A DNA stretch of 63,732 nt, filler included, from Sphacelaria rigidula (Eukaryota), in the NCBI GenBank assembly GCA_964200075.2. It is 11 parts of 11 records of this genome, joined end to end, with 100 filler letters (N's around TTAATTAATTAA, not from the genome) between each part and the next. Parts side by side here need not be neighbours in the genome. Positions count along the whole stretch, not along the records: positions 11,608 to 17,310 come from CAXNAA020025120.1; positions 17,411 to 23,113 come from CAXNAA020025121.1; positions 23,214 to 28,916 come from CAXNAA020025122.1; 8 more parts are not named here. One strand, written 5' to 3'. Shown in pieces: positions 11,508 to 23,341 of the stretch (position 1 is its first letter; every line of letters begins with the position of its first letter). Made by a program: the position numbers and the translations under genes. The notes beneath the pieces are model-generated. The model saw only the letters and a program-made list of their open reading frames with translations. It was not told where the DNA came from and made no database searches.

Positions 11508-14500
11508 NNNNNNNNNNNNNNNNNNNNNNNNNNNNNNNNNNNNNNNNNNNNTTAATTAATTAANNNNNNNNNNNNNNNNNNNNNNNNNNNNNNNNNNNNN
11601 NNNNNNNCCGCGACCGGTAAAGGGTGGCGGAGCGAAAACAAGAGACAAGCCCACGACCAACCCAGAATAACATCCCCCCCCCCCCCCCCCCCCCCGCCCC
11701 CGCGGTCTCCGCCTGATATGTTATTATCGAGGACTGGATCATGACTATCAACACTCCCGCACGAAATCGACTCTCGCAAAATTTCCTATGCCACTAACGT
11801 ACTGGCGCTTTCAACGACCGAAACGAAATTCTGCTCAGAAAGGAACGTCCATATCGGCATTCGCACCCGCAACCTTCAGCCCTGACTGGCTGTTGGTGTA
11901 CAATTTTAACTGACACCACCGGGGCGTGGCAGGATAGCTAGTGTATTGTCCGATATTTGATACAGTAGAGTATCCACCGAGGTGCTCCTCAGGTATGCCA
12001 GAGTCGTTGTTGGCCGCTCATCTCCACTCGTCTCTTCTCGATCGGTTTTGCGACAGCAATAGAGCTTGTGCCGCAGAAGTCTACGAGTCTACAAAGCCCG
12101 TACGTTTTGGGGGTCCACGAGTTCGCAAGACCCTTACTTTTCGGCGATCGTTCCTATACAACCAAAATTCGAACTCTACAGCAAAGACGTTCAATTCGTA
12201 TTGTCTCTTTGTGAAAGAGAATATGAATACCACACCGCGCGCTCTTGTAGTACCTCTACTCTCGCGGCATGCAGTATTTTTTTATGACATGAGATATAAC
12301 ATTCGAGGAAGTCATTCGAGGAAGTCATTCGAGTGATATATTCACCTCTTCCATCAATGGTTGCTCGTGTTACTGTTCCCCTTTCGCGGATGCGCTTTCC
12401 AACGCCTACATCCGCAATCAGGAGTGTGAGCGACGATACGCGGAGCAAGTTGCGCGCCGCACGGAAACCCTCCGAACCCTAGCAGAGAGAGACCGCGCCG
12501 CGTTGGAAAAACCGCGAGGATACAAGACTAAGAAAAAAGAGGATGGCAACGTGAGTCATTTCCCAATCGATACATTTTGCTGTTCGAGCAAATAAACAGG
12601 ATGGCTAGATTCAGATCGAGTGTGGTATAATTAGACTTGCTAGTTGACCATTTAAGTTTTTACAGCTGGGGGCTGCCCATATATATTGAAGTGGCATCAT
12701 TACGCTCGAAACGTGCTGCTAGACCCAGGTTCTCATGTGTGGGTGCTCAAAGGGTCAACGTCTAGAGCTCTCTGTCAATGAGCGTATTACCGCTCGAAGG
12801 TTGGACGAAAGTGTTTCATATCTGGTGTCACGACAAGCAATGAAAGCACGGTACATGTAGAAAATACATACGCTTGAGCGGTCTCGAGCCCCTCCGATCC
12901 GGTCAAATGTGCGTACGTGAGAGGTACACTTGCAAGGACTCCAATATTTGGGTCGTTAGTTTGCCTGGGCAAATTGTTCATTTGTAATGTGCTAAGCTTA
13001 CCGACTAAAAGGTCTTCAAGCACGGTGTCGAGGACGTTGGTTTTAAAAGGGCCAAGCTGCACGTACCGTCTTCCCTCTCTTGGATTTTACCGCTCGTGCC
13101 TTATTCATTCGTTACTCATTTTTCCTTTATCCAAGAACTTGTTTCTGTGTAACATGTACCTCTCGGGAGTTGATCGCTCCTCGCTTTCATGTGTGCTTCA
13201 TCTATGAGGCTTCCGTACCAGCAACCATTTCGAGCACAGAACCAGTGCCTTTTTGACATGGAACATCACTCACGCATAAACACACACGCGCGCACGCGCA
13301 TGGAATTTGTTATTGTTAGTTTGCCCCCTGAGAAAACTGCCTTCGTCGAGCGATTTGCACCTAGGAGTAGAAATGTTACCCTGAGAGAGGGGACGCCAAA
13401 GCTGCACAACTTGTCCTTGCAAGTCGCACTCACTGCAGCTGCCGAGCAGATCGGGGTGTGAGGAAAAATAGGGTGTATGCTTACAACTGGATCTACTACC
13501 GTGCCGTAGCAAGCTCCCGGAAGTTAATCCATTTCTCCATAGTTTACCGTCCTCGTTTCCAGCCTCGGAGAGACACTGCTCGCGGAACTTGAGTGGTCGA
13601 GACTATGTGGTTTGGCTACCACCTGTGATTAGACCAGAGAAGCAGAAAGTCATTCCTTTGCTGCCACGTGAAGGAAGCGAGGGAGCGATGGCTGCCATAC
13701 CCCCGTCGCTTCAATTCCAATGAAGTCCGAATGAGCAGTGCTTGCAGCGATGGAGTAGCTCAGGTGCTATTGGACGACCTTACAGTGCAGATGATGTTGC
13801 ATCCCTGTGTTTTCGGGCATGGTAGAATACGTCACGAGAATTCGAGGATGCCCGAGAGTTGCTCCGCTACGAGGCCGTACTGCTGGAGAGGATTCTACAC
13901 CAAACTCTATTAGAGGTTAACAAGACCCAGACACAGCTCGAGGCTGATCGGGAGAAGTCCATTTTGAGGCGAGGATGGATGTTAATGCTGCTATGAATCA
14001 GGCGTACCCTGCACAATCATAGGAATCATGCCAAGTACTTGGTGGAGTTACGTGTACTCCATGAAACTGCTGTAGGTGGATCGTATTTTCCATCATTCAC
14101 CTCCAAATGAAGAGTTTATAGCCGTCCCTAACCCAGTATAGCTCACAGTGATGTAAGTACCTGTCGATCATTACATCATGCCGTTGAAATCTGAAATATA
14201 TCGATAGCAACAAGCCTGCGCTATTTTCACTGTTCAGCCTCGGGTAGCATTAATTCCACCCATCTAGTTCCATTGTCGGCTGTTTGAATATATCCTTTCC
14301 CGTAAGAAAACTTACGGTGAACCACATAATATGTAACCGCAAGATGCACGATTCACGGGCTTCTTGCCTATGTCTTCGGCTGCTCTCTTTCTCCCCCCGG
14401 CTCATCGGTGGATTGATTACAGATGGGTCAATTTGAAGTGGAAAGAGGACCGTGTCCTTAAGCGCCTGGCGAACGAGGCTACCCAGCAACAGACAGAGCT

Positions 14501-14872
14501 GGCAAAGTTGTCCATGGAGATTAGAGGACTACGAGTATCCATAGTCGAGCCGCAGCCGCCCCCGGTGAGGTGTTGTCAGTGGCAAATCGTCGGGCGCATT
14601 CAGATCGCCGCGCGCCAGGTCGTTGGTCACACATGGAGGATGCCGTGCGGCTCGTAGCGTGAGTTCTAATCGAGCCACGTAGCAGGAGGTTAACAGTGTT
14701 ATGACCGGCCGATTGCTGTCCATCGCCCCGCCCGTGAGCGTGACTTATGTGATACAATATTGTGTTGTTCATAATGCTGATATCCCTGTTGTACAGTAAG
14801 AACGTTACAGCATAGACATCTCCGCCTATGGGTTTGACGTGTTGTTGTGAGTGTTGTGTCCCGGTTTTCCAG

Positions 14873-15143
14873 AATATCAGGTCAATTTTACACAACTTTG
14901 TCGCGCTTTGAATATCGTAACCGTCGAACAGCTTCGCAACGCACCTTTTCTGTCGCTGCATAACTCATGTGTGCGACGCCGTTCTGTCTATTCCAACAAC
15001 CTCCACGGGCGTTCATATGGTGTGCTTGCCCTTTTTCGAAAGCGACCAACATTAGATCCGGACGCCATGAGCCCCCCTGCGCTCAATCCTGGCGGTAAAA
15101 AAATGCGCGAGGATGAGTTGGCGAATTTTGTAGGGAATATACG
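14873..15143 (+). CDS. Putative exon of an unidentified, probably degenerate spliced gene (further fragments 14422-14570 and 15371-16230)
   Basis: ttttccAG acceptor and G|gtgagc donor around an open frame (EYQVNFTQLCRAL...ANFVGNIR). Downstream fragments need frameshifts. No family recognised. Confidence 0.35.
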
Positions 15144-17189
15144 GTGAGCAACCAAGCAGGTGGTAGTTGTGACTGCCCTCTTATTCTCGACTGCGTTGTG
15201 CCGGGATAGGGGTATTCTCTATGCAAGTCGGCAGATGGGATATGATCGCTTTCGATAGGTTCACACGACGAGCATGATATGTAGGAGAGCGTGGATTAAA
15301 CCTCGCTAAATGTGCTGTGACACCCGCCACCTACCCCACACGGATATGTCTGGCCTTTCCATGGTTACAGAGGTGGTACTCAGTTCCCTCGCAAATTTAT
15401 GTCGTTAGCGTTGCACCGCTTATGGAAGGTGTCAATGAACTGGCGGCTTCTCAATGCTTTCGCAGTTTACCCGTGCCCCCCATTTACGCACGCACTTGTA
15501 GCAGTCGTGGCTGTGCCATCTCCAACAATACCCTCCATCTGATCGTTTCATCACGGGCGTGCCTGAGTGGCGCTGTTGGTGTTCCCACAGTGCCATCGTA
15601 TCACCATGTTTCGCGCAAGTCTACCACGACGTGTTTGGCATCCAAGTAACGGACAGCAAAATTGTCGGACGGACAGCACACAGTACACCGCATCAAACCT
15701 CCCATAATCACACAATATGCTACTTGAGGAGAACCACGAGCGCGTCTTGTCAGTACGCTCTGAAGTCATATGTCCGTCACCTATCCCGTGCGATGTCACA
15801 AGTGTTGGACGCCACGGCGTGACCAGATACAACGTGCCCATGGAAAAGCTCAACCAATACTTGTTAATTGTACCAGACGTCTGGCCTACCTACCCAAATC
15901 ATGTTTTTTTAAAATATTAACAATGTAATCGTCGGGACACCACCGGGCGGCAGGGAAGGGAAACACGACCACGGCGAAGCAATCGACCTCCCCGACGGGA
16001 AGACGCTATCCTCCAAACAGCTGAATGAAGTCGCCGCCGTCATGCAAGAACGACGGGCCGTAGTGGCAGCTTTGCTGGAGGACGAGATGTTGAGGTGTGA
16101 GCGATGTATTGTAAACACAAACCGAATGCAAGCCATGGGAGTAGTACCCTCGGAGGTGTTCAAAGAGGCAAGGGAGTTGCTCGTCAGAGATGGGATAGAC
16201 TGGGGACACCAGACGATACTTGCGCAATGAGATCTTTGCGGGAGTAGAGCTTTCTCGAAAAAATCAAGTTCGGGCGGTTATTGGTCTGACAATCTTCCAT
16301 GGCGAATACGATCGTGAAAAACATGGCAAAATTACATAAATATCGCAAACGTGTGTCAACGAGGTAGTCCGATAATCTAAATATAGGGAAACGTGCTAAT
16401 TTAGGTAGTCATGCAGAAGAGCGGCTAGATTTCTCAGTCATCAGCGTTTCTTACGCAAGATACTTTTAGTGTGCTGATATGGCTGCATAACCTGGCCTCG
16501 CGCACGCGGTATAGTAGAGGACGTATAAATCCCAAGGGGTTGTGTCGGTGGGAAATCTGAGTTTTAGGCAAAACGGGATGGTGCTTTCTCTTTTTTCTCA
16601 ACAGACTCAACTGACAGGTTGTGATCATCTCATATAGCAAGCACGAATGGGGCCGCATATGTTTCAAGTATATTTTGATCATAGCAAGAGTTCTTCCCTC
16701 CCGATATTTGTCACACGCACCCCTCATCTGTGTGGTCGGAACTACGGGGCACTATTTTCTCTGCACTTGAGATGATCGTGCTGAAGTTGCTTGATATTAT
16801 GCCCTTCTTTGCGTTGAGATAAATATACTGGCAAGAAAACTCGAAGTAAATTGTGGAATGCGAGAGGCAATAAATTGCGAGCCGTTCGGAGTGTCCTTGA
16901 TTAGCATTGATATACATGTCCATCGTGATGTCTTCGTGGTGTCTCTCTCTTCTTCATGCCTATGATTTTCACAACACCTGTAGAGTTCTGCTAGCTGTAG
17001 ATAGTTTCTTGCTTGGTAATGTTTTTACTTTGTGCGTCGACATGTGACTACTTTGTCGTTGCCGCCTTTTCACAGCGACAAAAAAGCCGGCACTTAAAAC
17101 TATAACGATAGACTGAGCTAAACTTTTGAAGGAATCGGAATGTGCGATCATTCAGCATACTAAGTGTCGTCTCTCCAGATCGATTGAGG

Positions 17190-17310
17190 GTGGATGCTCT
17201 TCACTCGCCTCCCTACTGCCTGAGTCTCTGGAAATGACGATACCACACAATAAAGCAACTCATCATTGGCTGAGACTCAGGCAGTAGGGAGGCGAGTGAA
17301 GAGCATCCAC
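17190..17310. repeat. Perfect 39-bp inverted repeat with 43-nt spacer (hairpin)
   Basis: 17190-17228 is the exact reverse complement of 17272-17310. Confidence 0.93.
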
Positions 17311-18473
17311 NNNNNNNNNNNNNNNNNNNNNNNNNNNNNNNNNNNNNNNNNNNNTTAATTAATTAANNNNNNNNNNNNNNNNNNNNNNNNNNNNNNNNNN
17401 NNNNNNNNNNGAAGATTTTAGTCCTCCGGGTTCTCATCCTCAATCAAAAGCACCATCCTCAACATAGATGATTGGCTGTTTGGTGAAGGAATGGAACCAT
17501 ATATCGAAGATTTGGTGTGGATACGGAGATTTAAATTTTTCGAATTCTCATCCTCAATGAAAGGCTCCATCCTCAATTTCGATGATCGGCTGTTTTGAAT
17601 CGAACTCTACTCTCTACAGTAGTAGTACAAGTACAAACTTTTCAACTCCGCACCCCATCGCAGCCGCCCTCGTTTTCAGTATTTCGACAAAAACATCGAG
17701 GTCATTGGCTGGTCAGTCGAATGAGGAAAGATGAAGGAAGAGAAAAGAAGCGTGGCTTACATGCATACGGTGGGACGCTTGATGCGGAACTGCCAAACGC
17801 CGAACACCAATTATATTGCCAATTCGATGGTGAAAAGCGCTCTGAACATGAAGCAGCGCGCACATGCTCACCACACCCTGGTGATGTAGCGGATAAATGC
17901 CACGGTTTATCGTCTCGTTGTACGACATCCGAAAACAGGAATAACAAAAACGGTAACCCGCAGTCACAAAATAAAAACTACTATATATACACGATTACTT
18001 GCGCTTCAATTTCATATGCGTGTTTTTCGGTCCGACGTGGAGAATTTTGCATCTTATCCTGACGTGCGGTCAGCCTTAGCTCACTTGTTCTCATCCTTCA
18101 CTCCTCATGAGGATCCTCTGCTGCTGGATACTCCAGATAGATGGTATTTGGATCGCTCACCACGTTGCATGAAATTTTTCAATGCCATCTGAGATTTTCG
18201 CGCCTTCATGTGAGGGCTCACACTTTTGACGAATATCCACGATTTTTTCAAGAGGAAACAAGTCAAATAGGCCATTTATTTCGCCTCCGGCAACGCTCTC
18301 GCGGGGTCCCCTCACCGGCCGGGAGGGGAGGGGGGGTTGGGGAGGGGCGCTACCGCTTGGGGTTTCACAGCACGCCCCCCGATGTTTTTCAGTTAATCTG
18401 AGAAGCCGATAGCGGGTTGACTTGAAAGCATCTACTATCTGGCCGCTGGCGTGGCCAGTATAAACTCAACTGA

Positions 18474-18667
18474 GGGCGTGTCTTGGCACATTCGTTTTCG
18501 ATCGAAATTGTGCGGTGGAAAACAAAAATCTCGATCTGATAGATCGTGACTTCAACCATCTTCACGTTTTTTTTGTGAAGATGGTTGAAATCACGACCTC
18601 ATCAGATCAAAATTTTTGTTTTCCACCGCACAATTTCGATCGAAAACTAATGTGCTAACACACGGCC
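18474..18667. mobile_element. Palindromic Tourist-like (PIF/Harbinger-type) MITE; partial second copy at ~34937-35085
   Basis: Near-complete foldback GGGCGTG...CACGGCC flanked by a 3-bp TGA duplication. The other copy ends CACGGCC-TAA. Confidence 0.75.
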
Positions 18668-19976
18668 TGACCAGGGGTGCTAGTTCAAAGCCCTAGAAAT
18701 AAACGCGTTTGCCCGCGATTGACAGGTTGTCGCCATCGGACAAGAAGCGAGGCGACACGCTACTTATTTAGGTTTCTAGGAGTAGGAGCTTCAAAAACGC
18801 TGGGAAATGATCTAGCAAAGCAACCGGCCTCACTTACTACCAATAGGTATCGAATCACGGGTACACTGAGGTCAACATAATTTGCAACTCAGATCCCCCC
18901 CACAGACCCTGAGAGGAGACTACAGTTCCACCGTAAAGGGCACCAACCAGCCTTGTGCTTGGATGGCATCGGCGCGCCATGGTCTGGTGTGCTGAAATGC
19001 CCCACTGAATGCAATCTCCTTTCATATTAATCAAATTTGTTTGTTCCTTCCTTGATGGAAGGAGGAAACCCAACCCAACACTCACCCCGCAAGCGATCGC
19101 AGGCGGTCGCTAGCGAGTTCGTGTGCCGATAACCCGAAGTCTCGGCTAGACCACCTCGCGGTAGTCATGTTGGGAAGGCGCCTCGAGCGGTAACTGAAGG
19201 CAGTGTGGGGGATGCTCCCACGAAAAACCCCTGTCAACTTGGCGCAGTACACGCGCCGCCCTGCTCTTAGGAGCTTCGACTCTAGATGTCAATCAAGTGA
19301 CTGTTGTCAAACGTCGAGGTAGGTGGGCAGATGGTAGTAACCGAACTCTGCTGACGCACCGGCAGTTCGAAGCCCGCAGTTTGGCGTCTAATCGAAAGAT
19401 TGGACTATAAAATAGTAAATAGGTGAGATTGACGACCCGTACAACCATTAAATACCAAGCTTCCGTACTTTTGAGCTGAGCGCCAGATCAAAGTGCCGGA
19501 GCAAGAGCCTCGCGAAGGTCACGAGGACGCCACCGAGGTTCATCAGCAGGACACGGAAAGACAGGGCGAACATCGAACATTATCCACAGCGGGAGCTCTG
19601 ATTTCGCTCACAGATAGCCAAACAATCTGCACCGTGCAAGGATACAACAACAACTGCTAAAATGAGACAACAAAACAGTACTTGCAGATGAAGAACCCGC
19701 AATTCTCAATCCTGCATTTTGTCATCGTACGTCAACTTAACTCATCTCCGCGTCTCTTCCATATCTTGAACAACATCACGGTTGTTCGTGGTGCAAGATC
19801 GAACGGTGGACAAGCTAAGTGGCAAGAAAAAAACACTACGACGAAGTACCAACGGGTGGGAGAACACCCACGATCGGCTTCGGGCCAAAACCGCACAGCA
19901 CACCCAACAACGGAGACTACAACCGCAGAGCGCATACATCAGAGACCAAAACCGACTTGATTGGGAAAAAAAAAAA

Positions 19977-20102
19977 TCACAACGCCCATTGGCGGGCCTG
20001 CTCCGCGTGCTCTTCCGGCTTGATCAACGGCTTGTCCACACTCTGCACCATGATGTCCCCGCACAGCACACACTCCGCTGCGATGTAACCGTCGAGCTCC
20101 GT
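19977..20102 (-). CDS. VPS18: Vacuolar protein sorting 18 (Pep3), terminal exon
   Basis: TELDGYIAAECVLCGDIMVQSVDKPLI...QWAL* matches the Vps18 C-terminal CxxCG.xMI.SI.xP pattern. tttcaccAG acceptor, phase 0. Confidence 0.88.
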   Translation of the reverse strand, partial: TELDGYIAAECVLCGDIMVQSVDKPLIKPEEHAEQARQWAL

Positions 20103-20530
20103 CTGGTGAAACACACATACACACACACGCATACGCCCCGCAAAGTAAGCTACCAGCCAACACATGTGGCATTTGCACCAGCAGGGGCGACTGTTGGATG
20201 ACGACGGCAGGGTTCCTTCCGGTACGCAAAGCCCGCACTCGCTACACAGTGGCGGCGAGAAACAGCTACGCGGTTCCCGTGACAATCAACCTCAACAGCC
20301 GCATAGCCAGTGCCACCGCGCCTCGGTGGTTCTCAATTCGTGTCTAGGGCGCAGTAGGGGGTTCGGTTCCCGGTTCGGTTCACAGCAGTAACAATTCTAT
20401 AACATGCGGGGTTTTTTTCGAGAGTATCCGGTTCCCTTCGTTGAATATGTTAGGACGTGAGTAAAAATTGACGAAAACCAACGCGATGAGTGCTGATACA
20501 GTCCGCGATACCGAGATGTCAGACATGTAC

Positions 20531-20628
20531 GAGGGGGGGGGTGTACTCATGATCATGCTTGCCATAGTTATAAGACCATTGACCTCGCATCCCTACAAAG
20601 CCGGGACGGAGCACGCCGGGTTTTCGAG
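20531..20628 (+). repeat. High-copy dispersed repeat (polyG-TACTCATGATC...GACCATTGACC(A/T)CGCATCCCT); other copies ~23445-23515, 25318-25428, 29080-29150, 40495-40522, 52090-52128(-), 57725-57810
   Basis: The same motif recurs in many unrelated contigs, often at contig ends. Confidence 0.8.
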
Positions 20629-20854
20629 GGGAGAGATGGATTGATCTACCCTTATGATGAGACTACGGACTCCTAGCGAGGAAGATGAGGGATTTATAAC
20701 TAATGGGGAAAAAAGGCGGAAATTCGGGGGGGAGGGGGAGTGGGGGGTTTACCCTAGCATGGGGTAGTCAGCCTGTGACCACGGAAGGCGTCCGCATCAG
20801 ATGCCTAGTACACAGTACTGGGCTGGTATCGGTATGGTTTTCAATGTTAAGACG

Positions 20855-20912
<58 letters not shown>
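20855..20912. repeat. (CAA)n microsatellite in VPS18 intron
   Basis: Direct reading. Confidence 0.95.
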
Positions 20913-21180
20913 GGAGGCTGGGGATGGCTTGATCGATCCTTTGATGGGACGGCGGACTCGCCCCGAGAAAGCGAAGGGGATGAAAAAAAAAGAAAGACGG
21001 AAATCCGGCAACAGTATTTTTTGGAAATATTTTGCTCACGGCTATCTGACACAGGGCCTCTTACTATATAAATGCTGCACACCATTCTATGTTATATGAA
21101 AATAGTCGACTCAAAAGGGGACAAAGGCCAAAGGAGGGAAATATATATATATATATAATGCTTCTTGGCGGTCAGCCCAC

Positions 21181-21474
21181 CTGCAAAGCTCGCTGGTAGT
21201 GCTGGGCTCTCTTAGACACGTCCATATCACTGCTTGGGCCTGCCCCCCGGGCAGCAGCTGACAAACCCTGGCTCATCAATGCCCGCCCTCCTCCTCCTCC
21301 TCCACCCGCCCCCGAATCCCCCCCCATCCCCCCCGCCCGATTACCAGAATCTCCGGCGGCAATTTTTTCCAATAGCGAATTCACTGCAGACTGTTGTTCC
21401 GCTGAGAGGTGAGGGCGGATGTGATTCAAGAGACACTCCGAGTGGAATGCGTGACCGCAAGGGAATACGTAGAA
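21181..21474 (-). CDS. VPS18: Vacuolar protein sorting 18, penultimate exon (RING-H2 core)
   Basis: FYVFPCGHAFHSECL RING motif. aAG acceptor and CAG|gtgggc donor, 98 codons, joining the last exon in frame. Confidence 0.88.
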
Positions 21475-21834
21475 CTTCGTTTTTTCGGACAAGAGCAGGA
21501 ATGCGACGCGCCAGCGCAGAGCAAGGACGGTGGGGGAGTGGGTGGGTTAGGGTTGAATTGGCGCCATTGCGCGGAGGCAGGGTAGTGTACTGCAATGCTT
21601 TGAGTCCCGTGTGGGAATGGGTACTTACGACTTGATGGTGATGTCCGTTCGTAGTTTCAGCGAACATTACGGTACCTCCTACATGAAATGCAGATCGAAG
21701 TGAAGTTTTTTACTTGCTTTGCGTTGTCTAAGAAGTGTCTGATTTCGGTCGTTGAAGACGTGACGACCTGAGTCGCAAGGGGGAAAAAGATGACGAGAGC
21801 CGATGTACAGCTTTGGGCGTACATCTATGGTTGA

Positions 21835-22065
21835 CAGCATGACTACTTGATTTTAGACCGGAGAAAGTTCTGAGAAAGTTTGTGGTTTAGGGCCGGTGAG
21901 CAGTGGACCCAGCTCATCCAGAACGTATTTTTGTCGAAATCGGCCTCTGCGGCGTCGATTTGAGGTCTGCCAACGCACACTTTGCTTAAGGGTAGCTATG
22001 CACCCCTCTTGCCCAAGGGTCTCGTACGCCTTGGGTTGGGATCAGTGTCAGGGTTAGGGTTTAAG
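21835..22065. repeat. Dispersed repeat family carrying telomere-like GGGTTAGGG motifs; related copies ~22780-22855, 35500-35720 (reverse), 36590-36720
   Basis: Shared blocks TGAGGTCTGCCAACGCACACTTTGC / AAATCGGCGCC and short TTAGGG-like runs. Confidence 0.65.
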
Positions 22066-23213
22066 TGTTACTGATCGTTTGTTCGGGAAATTCAACTATA
22101 GATATACGCCCAAGGCTATAGGTCCCCTCAAGTCGATGCAGTTCGGTTTGCTGACACAACCCGCCTCAACAAGACGTCGGACGTATACTGTGCCGTGGGG
22201 ATAGATGGATGAGTTGATTCGTCCCTTGACACCACGTACTCTTCCCAAGGCGGGGTCAGGACTACAAAAATTGTATATGAGAGAAAAAATCGGTAAAAAA
22301 TTAAAAAAAAAAAACATGACAGGAAAAAAGGAGTCGTCTTCCAACCGTTTGCCCAGTCCGTTTCATCTTCCCTTCTTCTGCATTTTTTCCTTTTCTTCGA
22401 TTTTTTCCTTTAGCGAGTGTTTTGCGTGTTGTTTCACCTTGGACACGTACGTCCATCTTGTGGATAACGACCACGGCAGTTCATTTGTGACAATCAGACA
22501 ATCAATCAATCCATCAATCAATGAAACGACCGACTAACCAACCAACCAACCAGTCAACGAACGCAATATGCCGATGCGACATGAGCTCAAACTCAAGACC
22601 GCGGTATATTGTAGATCATCTCGAAGTCAAGACAACGCGTCACAGTGGCGGCAATAAACACGTGAACAATAAAACGAGGTGACAACACCACGAGAAGAGT
22701 CGGACAGAGCAGGTGCGTTCAGTGGCGACGCGATATGGCTTTATGGCACTAGTGTTTACCAGTTGGTCGATTAGAACCTTGGGAACGCTTCACACCTCCC
22801 TCGCCCGAGGGTTCTCGGTATGCCTTGGGTCGGGATTAGGATTAGGGTTAGTGTTATTAATATATTTATGTTTCCGAGAAATTTCTGCATCGACCAAGTG
22901 GAAAACACACCTGTTTTATGGACCAAATCGCCATGCGGTAGTGTATTACAGAAAAACCCACACTCAATACTAAGAAGCAACGCGCGTCGAACACACGACA
23001 GAAGAGCAAAGGCCGACAGATGAGTACGCCCCTTCCTTCCCCCCCCCCCCCCCCCCGCCCCCCCCCCCCCGCTCCCCCCCCCCCCCCGCCGCCGCCCCCC
23101 CGCCCCCGAGCGCNNNNNNNNNNNNNNNNNNNNNNNNNNNNNNNNNNNNNNNNNNNNTTAATTAATTAANNNNNNNNNNNNNNNNNNNNNNNNNNNNNNN
23201 NNNNNNNNNNNNN

Positions 23214-23341
23214 GTCGCTCTCCACTGTTGGGCATGGTGTGAGAAAAAATCCCAGATCGTGTGACTGCACCAAGATTCAAACCCACGACCCAACCGTCAG
23301 AAGGTTTCGAAGTTACCAACTGAGCCACCGGGGCGACCGGC
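23214..23341 (-). mobile_element. tRNA-derived SINE, 5' head (truncated by contig end)
   Basis: Minus strand GCCGGTCGCCCCGGTGGCTCAGTTGG (A box)...GGTTTGAATC (B box); homologous to 38108-38478. Confidence 0.85.

Noticed and set aside
19140..19200. HDV-like ribozyme (ACC-ACCTCGC-GGT resembles P3/L3)
   Set aside because: No matching P1 strand upstream, weak P2, and the catalytic C position is not evident
21240..21350. Gly-rich insert splitting the VPS18 RING
   Set aside because: Vps18 RINGs normally have a long variable spacer before the last CxxC
23260..23335. tRNA gene (also 38115-38185, 58075-58140)
   Set aside because: A/B boxes are present, but the cloverleaf is incomplete and each copy continues into a shared SINE body
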